Source of the DNA: Candidatus Eiseniibacteriota bacterium
GTDB taxonomy: Bacteria > Eisenbacteria > RBG-16-71-46 > SZUA-252
Assembly (NCBI GenBank): GCA_963703225.1
Contig: OY969801.1
Location: 768,001 to 832,000, forward strand
Direction of reading: 5' to 3'
Length of the DNA: 64,000 nucleotides
Shown: one piece after another, positions 9,804-19,374 of the stretch
How positions within the stretch are numbered: position 1 is the first letter of the stretch
How the letters are laid out: each line of letters begins with the position of its first letter
Program-made: the position numbers and the translations under genes
Notes under the pieces: model-generated
What the model was told of the DNA's origin: nothing
Databases searched by the model: none
What the model saw: the letters and a program-made list of their open reading frames with translations, nothing else

Positions 9804-11306
9804 ATGATGCGCCCCCCCAATCGGCGGCGCGGGCCGCGCACGAACCAGGGTACTGGTCCTCCACCTCGTCCCGGTCGAGGGCCTCGACCCGGGCCGCCGC
9901 CGCGCGCGGGTCAGCCGCCAAGGCCGGGCGTTCGCCCTCGGCGCGATCGGCCGACCGGCGGACCGCCGCCCATCAAAGAGCATCCGCAGTACGGGACCCG
10001 GATTCCGCCAGAGGAGCTGGAGCTGATGCGGCAGCTGGCGCAGGAGACCGCGCGCGGCTCCCGATCGCAGCCCTACATGCAACGCAGACCGCTGGGAAGC
10101 TCCGGACCGCGCCCTCAGGCGCCCCGAGGCCCTGGATTTGTCCGGGGCGCGGCGATGCCGAGGCCCAGTTCGCAGCCCGGGCCCATGGGCCCGCGCCCCG
10201 ATCGGCCCCGCCGCGACCGTCCGCCGCAGGGGCCGCGAAAGCCTTACCGGACCGGGGTGCAGAGCGCGGGGGAGGGACCGCCTCGCCCATCGCCGTTGCC
10301 GGAAGAGCCGGCGCTCGGACGCATCCGGTCGCTCCTCTCGGGATACCAGATCACGGCCGCGGTCCACGCGGCGTTCGCCAACGGCATTTTCACCGAGCTC
10401 CATCGCAATCCCCAAGGCGCGTCGGATGTCGCGCGCGCCTGCGCCATCGATCCGCGCGGGACGGAGCTCTTGCTGGACGTGCTCGTGGCGGTGGGAGTCT
10501 TGCATCGACACGGCCCGACCTTCGTCGTCCCACGCGACCTCGCGACCTACCTGGTTCCGGGCTTGGACGGCGACGCGACCGGGTTGATCGAGTCGACGCC
10601 GGACTTGATGAGCGCCTGGACCGACTTCGCCCGGGGCTTGAAGGAGGGGAAGCCGAGCTATCGCCTCACCAGCGACGCTCTGCTCGCAGGCGATCCCGAG
10701 CGGGTCCGCCGCTACATCCGTGCGGTTCACACGAACAGCCGGGAGGCGGCGAGGCGCGTGGCGGAGATGTCGCCTCTTCTCCCGGGGACGAGCCTGCTCG
10801 ACGTCGGTGGGGGCTCGGGGATTTTCGCGGCGGAGTACGCGCGGCGCACGCCGGACCTCAAAGCCCATCTCTTCGATCTGCCGCCGACGTTGGAGGTGGC
10901 GCGGACCATTCTTCGGGCCGAGGGGTTGGAAGACGCGGTCGAATACGCTCCGGGCGACTACCGGCACGACCCATTCCCGGGCCCGGTCGACTCGATCTTG
11001 ATCTCGAACGTGTTCCAGACCGAGAGCGAGGAGACGTCGCTCTTGATTCTTCGAAAGGCGCACGAGGCGCTTCGCCCCGGCGGCACGCTCCTCATTCACG
11101 GCTTCATGAGCGAATCGTCCGGCCCGCAGCCGCCGCCGGTCGCCATGATGTCCCTCACGATGTACGTCCGCTTCGACCACGGCCGCGCGTGGAGCGCCGA
11201 GAAGATTCTCGAGTGGCTTGCCCGCGAGCAGTTCGGCGCCCGGTTCATCCGCCCCCTCGGACCGCCGTTCCACACCAAGCTCATCCTCGCCACCCGCCTC
11301 GAGTAG
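9804..11306 (+). CDS. SAM-dependent O-methyltransferase (dimerisation + Methyltransf_2) with long Pro/Arg/Gly-rich N-terminal extension
   Basis: LLDVGGGSG motif I, FDLP, GDY, LRPGG.L.I; first ~165 aa are low complexity. Confidence 0.85.
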   Translation: MMRPPNRRRGPRTNQGTGPPPRPGRGPRPGPPPRAGQPPRPGVRPRRDRPTGGPPPIKEHPQYGTRIPPEELELMRQLAQETARGSRSQPYMQRRPLGSSGPRPQAPRGPGFVRGAAMPRPSSQPGPMGPRPDRPRRDRPPQGPRKPYRTGVQSAGEGPPRPSPLPEEPALGRIRSLLSGYQITAAVHAAFANGIFTELHRNPQGASDVARACAIDPRGTELLLDVLVAVGVLHRHGPTFVVPRDLATYLVPGLDGDATGLIESTPDLMSAWTDFARGLKEGKPSYRLTSDALLAGDPERVRRYIRAVHTNSREAARRVAEMSPLLPGTSLLDVGGGSGIFAAEYARRTPDLKAHLFDLPPTLEVARTILRAEGLEDAVEYAPGDYRHDPFPGPVDSILISNVFQTESEETSLLILRKAHEALRPGGTLLIHGFMSESSGPQPPPVAMMSLTMYVRFDHGRAWSAEKILEWLAREQFGARFIRPLGPPFHTKLILATRLE

Positions 11307-11331
11307 CGCCGGGCGAGGAGCCCGCACCGCG

Positions 11332-12234
11332 GTGCCCGAGCTTCCGTTCCTAGAGATATTGGCGGAGAATCTCGCGTCGGCGATCTCCGGCCGTCGCATC
11401 GAATCGATCGAGATCCGCCAGCCCGCGCTCTTGCAGCACCCCAATCCAGCCCCCGAGAGCTTTCAAGGCGAGTACCTGAGTCTTCCGTCCCGAGTGGGGA
11501 AGTACCTCGTGCTCGAGACCGAGTCCCGCCGCGCGATCGTCCTTCATCTGATGCGCCTCGGACGGCTCGCTGTCGTCAAAGCTCCCGCGTCCGCATCGCC
11601 GCCAAGATCCGCGCGGCGCGGAGCGGGCGCCGCCCGGCCGGCGCTCCCCAAGAACGTCTCCGCGCGGATCACCTTCGAGGATGGGAGCAGCCTTCGCCTG
11701 CTGGAGCATGGGACCGAGAAGCGCGCGCGCCTTTGGCTCGCGGATGACGTCGATGCCGTGGCGGAGCTTCGGGAGATCGGCCCCGACCCGACGCGCGGGG
11801 AGCTGACGTTGGAGGCGTTCGCGGCCGCGGCGCGGGCGTCGGTTCGCCAGCTCAAGACCTTCCTCACCGACCAGCGCGCGATCGCCGGGATCGGCAACGG
11901 CCTCTCCGACGAAATCCTCTGGGAGGCGCGCCTCTCGCCGCTTCAGCGCACCGACAACCTGGACGATGGGGAAATGGGACTCCTCTACGATTCGGTCCGC
12001 TCGGTGCTCGAGCGTCAGATCGCGCTACTGCGTGAAAGCGCCGGTGGGGAGCTTCCGCAGAAGGAACCGGTCGAGCATTACGCGGTGCATGACCACAAGG
12101 GGGAGCCTTGTCCCCGTTGCAAGACCCCGGTCGCCTGGGTCTCCTACGCCGAGCGAGACACCTTCTATTGCCCCACCTGCCAGACCGGAGGGGTACCGCT
12201 CAAGGATCGGCGGCTCTCGAAACTGCTTAAGTGA
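11332..12234 (+). CDS. Fpg/Nei family DNA glycosylase
   Basis: GTG start giving PELP; R.GKYL; H2TH LTDQ..IAGIGN...DEILW.A.LSP; zinc finger CPRC..FYCPTCQ. Confidence 0.9.
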   Translation: MPELPFLEILAENLASAISGRRIESIEIRQPALLQHPNPAPESFQGEYLSLPSRVGKYLVLETESRRAIVLHLMRLGRLAVVKAPASASPPRSARRGAGAARPALPKNVSARITFEDGSSLRLLEHGTEKRARLWLADDVDAVAELREIGPDPTRGELTLEAFAAAARASVRQLKTFLTDQRAIAGIGNGLSDEILWEARLSPLQRTDNLDDGEMGLLYDSVRSVLERQIALLRESAGGELPQKEPVEHYAVHDHKGEPCPRCKTPVAWVSYAERDTFYCPTCQTGGVPLKDRRLSKLLK

Positions 12235-12404
12235 TTTAGGGGATTCGCGTTGGGCCGATTGGAACGCGCCAATAATTTGGATCCGACGTGAAGCGGGGCG
12301 CCCAAGATGCCGAAGTATCGAGGAGTGGCGCTCCGAGGCCCCGGACAGGACCCTTGCGGTGACCGGGATGGCGGAGCATCCTAGAGTCGATGGGGTTCCA
12401 ACGA

Positions 12405-12827
12405 ATGATGAGACGAACGCGAAACGAAGCGGTGCGGCGCTCCCTGGCCTGCCTCCTCTCGGTGGCGGTCCTTGCCGGAATCGTGCACCTTCCTGGCGCG
12501 CCCGCGATGGCCTGCCGCATGGATGAGCCGGTCGCCGCGCCCGCGCCCACCTGTGGTGCGTGCGGTGCCGGCAGCGAGCCAACCAACGTGCCCTCGCTCG
12601 AGGCCGGCTCGTGCTGCCGGTTCGCGGCCCCCGAAGAAGTCTCCACGCTCCCGGTGTGGACCCAATCCTCGCAGCGGCCGCTCGCAGGAGCCGAGCTCCA
12701 GGCGCTCGCGCTGACGACCGGCTCTCCCTCCGAGATCGGTGCCCATACCAACCGCTCCACCCTCGCCCCAGATCGCAGTACCGCCCCACCCGGTAACCAG
12801 AGCCTCTCGACCCACCTCCGCCTCTAG
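12405..12827 (+). CDS. Hypothetical Cys-rich exported protein upstream of the metal efflux operon
   Basis: Hydrophobic N-terminal segment then C..CGAC..CC; ends APP......STHLRL, resembling DUF2946-type leaders; start uncertain (12390/12405/12408). Confidence 0.55.
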   Translation: MMRRTRNEAVRRSLACLLSVAVLAGIVHLPGAPAMACRMDEPVAAPAPTCGACGAGSEPTNVPSLEAGSCCRFAAPEEVSTLPVWTQSSQRPLAGAELQALALTTGSPSEIGAHTNRSTLAPDRSTAPPGNQSLSTHLRL

Positions 12828-12957
12828 AAGTCCGCGCCGTACGACGCAACTCCCGGGCGATCGCGCCCCAGGGGATCGGTGCGTCCACGCGCGTCTCGGG
12901 TAAGGCGCAATTCTTCTCGCGCCGTCTAGTCTGCCCATCTGGAGGAGGTGGTCCCGC

Positions 12958-14288
12958 ATGGTTTCACGCGTTCTGCTCGCATTGGCGTTCACCGCGGTGT
13001 GGCTCTCCACATCGGCCGTCCCATCGACCGGCGGTCCGTCGTCCCCCGAGAACGGCGAGACCGGCAGCCCGCCTCCTCGACTCGCTCCTCACGGTGGACC
13101 CGCTGAATCTCCCGCTCCTGGAGCGCGCGGTGATCGCCAGGAACCCCACGTTGGCGGCCAGGCGCGCGGCGAATCTGGAAATGGCCGCCAGGGCTGACGC
13201 CGCCGGAACGCTCGACGCTCCGAAGCTCGACCTGATGGCGGCGCCGGGGAGCTTTGGCAAGAGCTCCGTCGACGAGGCCTACTCGATCGGGCTATCGCAG
13301 CGGCTCTCGATCTTCGGTCAGCGAGGACTCCGTGGAAAGGCGGCACGCTCGGTGGCGCGCTCAGCGGCCGAGGAATACCGCGCCGCGGGGTTGGACCTGG
13401 TTCACGAGGCGCGCCGTCTCTATTTCGAGTACTACGCGGCCGCTCGAGGCGCCGAGGTGAACCGGGAATTGTCGGATCTCCTGGGACAATTCCGTCGGGT
13501 GGCGCTCCAGAAATACGCCGCCGGGATGGCCGGGCAACAGGACGCGCTCCAGGCCGAGGTGGAGCTGGCGATGCTGGAGCACCAGCGCGTCGTCCTGGAG
13601 CGAAACCGACGGGTGGTAGTGGCTCGGCTTCGGGCGCTTCTCCACGACGAGACCGATCGCGCCCTGCCCGAACCGCCTCCAGAGCTCCTGGAGCCGGCGA
13701 CGTCGGTCTCACCCGATTCCGCTGTCGCGATCGCGATGCGGCTCCGGCCGGAGCTGCGCGGACGCGACGCGCTCCGCGATGCCCGCCAGGACGAGCTCCG
13801 CCTGGCGGAGCGGGCCCGGCTGCCGGAGGTCACCTTGCAGGCGCGCTACGACCGTTTCATGGAAGTTCCCGAGTGGCGGACGGGTGTGGGGTTGGAGTTC
13901 GACCTTCCCATCGGCTGGGGAAGGATCGGCGCGAACGTTCGGGCGGCCGAGGCCGGGTTGGAGCGCGCCGAGGCCGAGCGCCGGGCCGAGCGCGATCGGA
14001 TTCTGTCGGAAATCACAGAGGCTCGCGCCCTCGTCGAGGAAACGATGCACGAGGTTCACATTGTCGAGACGTCGGTCATCCCCGCGACCGAGCGCGCGTC
14101 TGGCCTCGGTGCGCGCGGGCTACGAGGCGAACCGCACCGACTTTCTCTCGCTCCTGAACGCGGAGCGGGATTTGGCCCGGGCGCGTCTCGACATCTACCG
14201 CGCGCGCGCCGAGCAGGGAATGGCGTTTGCCGATCTGGAGCGCGCGATCGGATTGTCGCCGGCCGTCGCCGGGGAGGTGGAACGATGA
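12958..14288 (+). CDS. TolC-family outer membrane factor (CusC/CzcC-like); two apparent frameshifts
   Basis: GGAGGAGG RBS and signal peptide at 12958; frame change about 13020-13090; extra base near 14099 (TERA/LASVRAGYEANRTDFLSLLNAER); stop overlaps the next ATG. Confidence 0.8.
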
Positions 14289-15799
14289 AGGCCTCGAAGC
14301 TCGTGTGGGGAGGCTCCGTGTGGCCCGGATCGGTGGCCGTCGCGCTCGTGATCATGGGAAGCGTCTGGGGCTGCGGCCGCGCGCAGAACGGCGAACAGGG
14401 ATCGGGCCGCGCTGGGTGGCTGAGCTTGGGCAGCTACCAGGTCTCGGTCGAGAATCGGCCGGCGCGCCCGACGGTGGGCGACAACATCCTCTCGATCGCC
14501 GTGCGGGATTCGACCGGTCGGCCGGTTGGCGGCGCGGAGGTGCGCGCATTCATCGTGATGCAGGCGATGGGGACCATGCCGAGAATGGAAAGCCGGGGCG
14601 ACGTGCGCGAGACGCGGCCCGGCCTTTACCAGGCGAAATACGGTCTCGCCATGGCGGGCGAGTGGACCGTGAGCATCGCCATCCGGACGCTCGAACGCGG
14701 AGAGGCGCACGCCGAGTTCAGGCTCAGCACCAGCACCCCGGAGATCGCATTCGTCGGCGGAACGGACTCGACCGGCGATGCCTTGAGGAACGGGTCGGGC
14801 GCCGGCGCCTTCGGCACCGTCATGCTGGATGCCGGCAGGCGGCAGGCCATTGGAGTGCGTACCGCGCCCGTGGAACGGCGCCGTCTCACGGTCCCGATCC
14901 GCGCCGCGGGCCGGGTGGCCTACGACGAGACCCGGCGCGCGGAGATCTCGCTCAAGTTTTCCGGATGGGTCCGCGACATCCAGATCGACTACACGGGGCA
15001 GCTGGTGAGTGCGGGGATGCCCCTCTTCACGGTCTACAGCCCGGAGCTATTGACCGCGCAGCAGGAATATCTGGAGGCTCGTCGCGCGGCCCCGATGGGA
15101 TCGACGACCTCCGGGGAGCGGGATCCCGACGTGGCCGCGTCCGCTCGCCAGCGGCTCCTGCTCTGGGACGTGGCCCCGGCCCAGATCGACGAGATTACGC
15201 GGACCGGGAAGCCGATGGAGTCGGTTCCCATTCTCGCCCCCGTGGATGGCGTGGTCGTCGAGAAGAACGTGGTGCGCGGGAGCGCGTTCTCCGCGGGACA
15301 GACGCTGTACAAGATCGCGCCCGTCGACCCGGTCTGGGTCGTCGCCAGCGTCTACCAGTACGAGCTGCCCTTGGTCCAAGTCGGGATGCGGGCCAAGGTG
15401 ATCGCGCCGTTTCAAGCCGAAGAGACTCGCGGCGGGATCGTCTCCTATATCAATCCCTACCTCGACCCCGAAACGCGCACCGGCGAGGTCCGGCTCCAGA
15501 CTCCCAATCCACGCGGCGATCTCAAGCCCGGAATGTTCGTCGACGTTTCGCTCGAGCGGGAGCTGGGGGAGCGTCTCGCGGTGCCGGAAAGCGCGGTCAT
15601 CTTCGCTGGGGACCGACGCGTCGTCTTCGTCGACCTCGGCAACGGCGGCCTGGAGCCGCGGGACGTGGCGATCGGCCCCAAGGCCGGCGACTATTACGAG
15701 GTCAAGGGTGGTCTGAAGGACGGCGACGTCGTGGTCACCTCGGGCAACTTTCTGGTCGCCGCGGAGAGCCGCATCCAATCAGCGGCCCGGAAGTATTGA
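14285..15799 (+). CDS. cusB: RND efflux periplasmic adaptor (CusB-like) with N-terminal YtkA/FixH-like domain
   Basis: ATGA overlap and GGAGG RBS; M.AMG.MP.M and GLY.A...L.M.GEW in the N-domain; YSPELLTAQQEYL, LKPGMF, VPESAVI..G. Confidence 0.85.
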   Translation: MKASKLVWGGSVWPGSVAVALVIMGSVWGCGRAQNGEQGSGRAGWLSLGSYQVSVENRPARPTVGDNILSIAVRDSTGRPVGGAEVRAFIVMQAMGTMPRMESRGDVRETRPGLYQAKYGLAMAGEWTVSIAIRTLERGEAHAEFRLSTSTPEIAFVGGTDSTGDALRNGSGAGAFGTVMLDAGRRQAIGVRTAPVERRRLTVPIRAAGRVAYDETRRAEISLKFSGWVRDIQIDYTGQLVSAGMPLFTVYSPELLTAQQEYLEARRAAPMGSTTSGERDPDVAASARQRLLLWDVAPAQIDEITRTGKPMESVPILAPVDGVVVEKNVVRGSAFSAGQTLYKIAPVDPVWVVASVYQYELPLVQVGMRAKVIAPFQAEETRGGIVSYINPYLDPETRTGEVRLQTPNPRGDLKPGMFVDVSLERELGERLAVPESAVIFAGDRRVVFVDLGNGGLEPRDVAIGPKAGDYYEVKGGLKDGDVVVTSGNFLVAAESRIQSAARKY

Positions 15800-15809
15800 G
15801 GAGGCAAAC

Positions 15810-18800
15810 GTGATCGAACGCTTGATCGCCTTCTGCGCGCGAAACCGCGCGCTCACGTTGGCCGCGGTGGCCGTCGCGGCGGCCCTCGGCCTCAAGGCGC
15901 TCTGGGAAACCCCGCTCGACGCGATCCCCGATCTCTCCGACACCCAGGTGATCGTCTCGACCGAGTGGATGGGCCGGAGCCCCGACTTGGTCGAGGACCA
16001 AATCACCTACCCGATCGTGACCGCGCTCCGGTCGGCGCCCGGCGTGCGCTATGTCCGCGGGCTCAGCATGATCGGGGATTCATTCGTCTACGTCGTCTTC
16101 AAGGATGGCGTCGATCCCTACTGGGCTCGCAGCCGGGTGCTCGAATACCTGGCCTCAATCCGGGGCAAGCTCCCCGAGGGAGTGAGCCCGACCTTGGGGC
16201 CGGACGCGACCAGCGTCGGCTGGGTCTTTGAGTACGCGCTGATCGACACCACCGGTCGGAATGATCTCGCCCAGATCCGATCGTTTCAGGATTGGTACCT
16301 CCGCTACTGGCTCCAGAGCGTGGAGGGGGTGGCCGAGGTCGCGTCGGTCGGCGGATTCGTGAAGCAATACCAGGTGGACCTCGACCCGCGCCGCCTGGAA
16401 TCGTTCGGCGTCTCGATCCGAGACGTGGCCGAGGCCATCCGTAGATCGAACGGTGACGTGGGCGGAAGCGTTCTCGAGATCGCCGAGCACGAGCACTTCG
16501 TTCGGGGCCGCGGTTATGTTCGCTCCGTCTCCGACATCGAGCGCGTGGTCGCCAAGGTGGGCGCGGGCGGGGTCCCCGTGACGGTAGGAGAGCTGGGCGC
16601 CGTCCATCTGGGGCCCGACCAACGGCGCGGCATCGCCGAGCTGAACGGCGAGGGTGAAGTGGTGGGCGGCATCGTGGTCATGCGGCAGAAAGAGAACGCG
16701 CTCCGCGTGATCGACGCGGTCAAGAGCCGCCTGGCCGAGGTGGGCGGCTCCTTCCCGCCGGGAATTAAGCTCGTCGTGACGTACGACCGCTCGCAGCTGA
16801 TCCACCGCGCGGTCCGGACGCTCCAGCACGAGCTGATTCAGGAGATGGCGATCGTCGGTCTTGTGATCGTCCTCTTCCTGTTCCACCTCCGGAGCGCGTT
16901 GATCCCCATTCTCACGCTGCCGATCGCGGTGCTGCTCTCGTTCCTTCCCATGTCGGGCCAGGGGCTGACCGCGAACATCATGTCGCTCGGCGGCATCGCG
17001 GTGGCGATTGGGGCGATGGTCGACGCGTCGATCATCATGGTGGAGAACGTCCATAAGCGGCTGGACTCCTGGGAGAGCGGCGGCCGCCAAGAGCCGCGCG
17101 ACCAGGTCATCGTGCGGTCGCTACAGGAAGTGGGGCGGCCCATCTTCTTCGCCCTGATGGTGATCACGGTCTCGTTTCTTCCCATCTTCACGCTGCAGGG
17201 GACGGAGGGCCGTCTGTTCCGGCCGCTCGCCTTTACGAAGACCTACTCCATGTTCTTCGCCGCCCTGCTCGCGGTGACCCTGACCCCGGCGCTCGCGGCG
17301 TGGCTGATTCGTGGAAAGGCCCGTCCGGAGCATGCGCATCCCATTTCGAGCCGGCTCGCCCGCGCCTACGCCCCGGTCGTTCGCTATTCGGTGCGCCGCC
17401 GCCGGTGGGTCATTCTCGGATCGCTCCTGCTGCTCGTCGCGACGGTGCCGGTCTTTCTCCGGCTGGGCGGCGAGTTCATGCCTCCGCTGAACGAGGGGAC
17501 GATCCTCCACATGCCCACCGCTCCGCCCGGGATATCGGAGGCCGAGGCCGGCAAGGTGCTTCAGAGGATGGACCGCGCGCTCAAGCAGGTCCCGGAAGTC
17601 GAGACCGTCTTCGGCAAGATCGGACGGGCCAAGACCGCGACCGACCCCGCGCCGCTCTCGATGGTGGAGACGGTCGTGACGCTCAAGCCGGAATCGGAGT
17701 GGCGTCCGGGCCTCACCTGGGAGGGGCTCATTGCCGACATGAATTCGAGGGTCCGGATGCCCGGCATGCCCAGCATCTGGTGGATGCCGATCCAGACCCG
17801 AAACGAGATGCTCGCCACCGGAGTCCGGAGCGCCGTGGGCGTGAAGGTGTTTGGCCCCGACCTTGGGGAGATCGAAAGGGTGGGGATCCAGATCGAATCG
17901 GCGCTCCGGGGGGTCCCGGGAACCCGCAGCGTCTTTGCCGAGCGATTGACCGGTGGATCGTTCCTCGACTTCGACATCGACCGCGACGCGATCGCGCGGT
18001 ACGGCCTGACGGTGTCCGACGTGCAGGACGTGATCGAGGCCGCGGTCGGCGGGACGGTGGTTTCACAGACCGTGGAAGGAAGGGAGCGCTACGCGATCAA
18101 GGTCCGGTACGCGCGCGGGTTTCGGGACGATCCGGCGGCACTGGATCGGGTTTTGGTGCGGACTTCGTCCGGAGCGCAGGTGCCGCTGGCGCAGGTGGCC
18201 CGGATCGAATTCCGCGGCGGGCCGCCGATGATCCAGGAAGAGGACGGGCAGCTCTTCGGCCTCGTCTCCGTCGACGTCGCCGATCGCGCCCTCACGGACT
18301 ACGTCGCGGACGCCAAGCGCGCGGTGGCGCGCCAGGTGACCATCCCTCCGCGCTACCGGATCGACTGGTCGGGGCAATTCGAGTACTACGAGCGGGCCCG
18401 GGCAAGGCTTACGTTCGTCGTGCCCCTCACGCTCCTCATCGTGTTCGCGCTCCTCTACTTCAACTTGCGCTCGGCCGCGGAGTCCGCGATCGTGATGCTC
18501 GCGGTCCCATTTTCTCTGATCGGAGCCGTCTGGATTCTCTGGATCCTCGGCTACCACTTGAGCGTGGCGGTCTGGGTCGGGATGATCGCCCTCGCGGGCC
18601 TGGATGCGGAGACCGGCGTCGTCATGCTGCTCTATCTGAAGATGGCGCACCGGGAGCGGGTGGAGCGGGGACGCTTGCGAAACCGCGCGGAGCTGACCGA
18701 GGCGATCGTGGAAGGTGCCGCCCATCGACTCAGGCCCAAGGTCATGACCGTGTGCGCGATCCTCTTCGGCCTTCTGCCCATCCTCCTGGGCCAGGGCAGC

Positions 18801-18944
18801 GGGGCCGACGTCATGAAGCGGATCGCGGCGCCGATGGTGGGCGGCGTGGTCACGTCATTTGTATTGGAGCTGCTCGTCTACCCCGCGATCTTCGCGTGGT
18901 GGAAGGGGCGCCGTCTACCCGAAATCGAGGAGGTGCGCGGATGA
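15810..18944 (+). CDS. cusA: CusA/CzcA heavy-metal RND permease, Cu(I)/Ag(I) type
   Basis: DAIPDLSDTQVI, GPDATSVGWV, AIGAMVDA; metal-site Met motifs EFMP, LSMVET, EMLATG. Confidence 0.95.
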   Translation: MIERLIAFCARNRALTLAAVAVAAALGLKALWETPLDAIPDLSDTQVIVSTEWMGRSPDLVEDQITYPIVTALRSAPGVRYVRGLSMIGDSFVYVVFKDGVDPYWARSRVLEYLASIRGKLPEGVSPTLGPDATSVGWVFEYALIDTTGRNDLAQIRSFQDWYLRYWLQSVEGVAEVASVGGFVKQYQVDLDPRRLESFGVSIRDVAEAIRRSNGDVGGSVLEIAEHEHFVRGRGYVRSVSDIERVVAKVGAGGVPVTVGELGAVHLGPDQRRGIAELNGEGEVVGGIVVMRQKENALRVIDAVKSRLAEVGGSFPPGIKLVVTYDRSQLIHRAVRTLQHELIQEMAIVGLVIVLFLFHLRSALIPILTLPIAVLLSFLPMSGQGLTANIMSLGGIAVAIGAMVDASIIMVENVHKRLDSWESGGRQEPRDQVIVRSLQEVGRPIFFALMVITVSFLPIFTLQGTEGRLFRPLAFTKTYSMFFAALLAVTLTPALAAWLIRGKARPEHAHPISSRLARAYAPVVRYSVRRRRWVILGSLLLLVATVPVFLRLGGEFMPPLNEGTILHMPTAPPGISEAEAGKVLQRMDRALKQVPEVETVFGKIGRAKTATDPAPLSMVETVVTLKPESEWRPGLTWEGLIADMNSRVRMPGMPSIWWMPIQTRNEMLATGVRSAVGVKVFGPDLGEIERVGIQIESALRGVPGTRSVFAERLTGGSFLDFDIDRDAIARYGLTVSDVQDVIEAAVGGTVVSQTVEGRERYAIKVRYARGFRDDPAALDRVLVRTSSGAQVPLAQVARIEFRGGPPMIQEEDGQLFGLVSVDVADRALTDYVADAKRAVARQVTIPPRYRIDWSGQFEYYERARARLTFVVPLTLLIVFALLYFNLRSAAESAIVMLAVPFSLIGAVWILWILGYHLSVAVWVGMIALAGLDAETGVVMLLYLKMAHRERVERGRLRNRAELTEAIVEGAAHRLRPKVMTVCAILFGLLPILLGQGSGADVMKRIAAPMVGGVVTSFVLELLVYPAIFAWWKGRRLPEIEEVRG

Positions 18945-19273
18945 AGATGCGAATGTTCGCGGCCGCGCTACTGGTCGCCGCGGTCGGCTGCCAGAGCGCG
19001 CCGTCGGGCGGCACGAGGGAAGTCCAGGTCGCGGTGACGGAGAAGGGGTTTGAGCCGAGCGAGATCCACGTGAAGAAGGGCGAAACCGTTGTGCTCGCGA
19101 TCACGCGCCGGACCGAGCGGACCTGCGCCACCGATGTGGTCGTCGGCGATGGCAAGACCCCCGAGGCGCTACCGCTGGATCAGACCGTCCGCTTGCCCCT
19201 CGGAAAGGTCAACGCCGACGTGTCGTTCGCCTGCGGCATGGGAATGTACAAGGGCTCGATCATCGCGGATTGA
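18941..19273 (+). CDS. Cupredoxin-like domain lipoprotein
   Basis: ATGA overlap; lipobox AVGC; GFEPSEI.V..G; TCA..; FACGMGMYKG. Confidence 0.85.
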   Translation: MKMRMFAAALLVAAVGCQSAPSGGTREVQVAVTEKGFEPSEIHVKKGETVVLAITRRTERTCATDVVVGDGKTPEALPLDQTVRLPLGKVNADVSFACGMGMYKGSIIAD

Positions 19274-19374
19274 AGCCGGGTCGGCGCGCTAACCCGGCGG
19301 GCCGCGGTCGAGGACGGATCGCCGCGACGATCGGAAAGGAGTGTGCCTAGGTCACAAATTGCGGGCAGGCGGCC

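Noticed and set aside
12899..12928. Possible ECF sigma promoter (GGTAAG...CGTCTA) upstream of the efflux operon
   Set aside because: Match too weak, and no cognate ECF sigma factor in the window.
13094..15799. 901-aa apparent TolC-adaptor fusion ORF
   Set aside because: One extra base near 14099 explains it. The proper TolC C-terminus is in another frame and ends at an ATGA overlap with an RBS for a separate adaptor gene.
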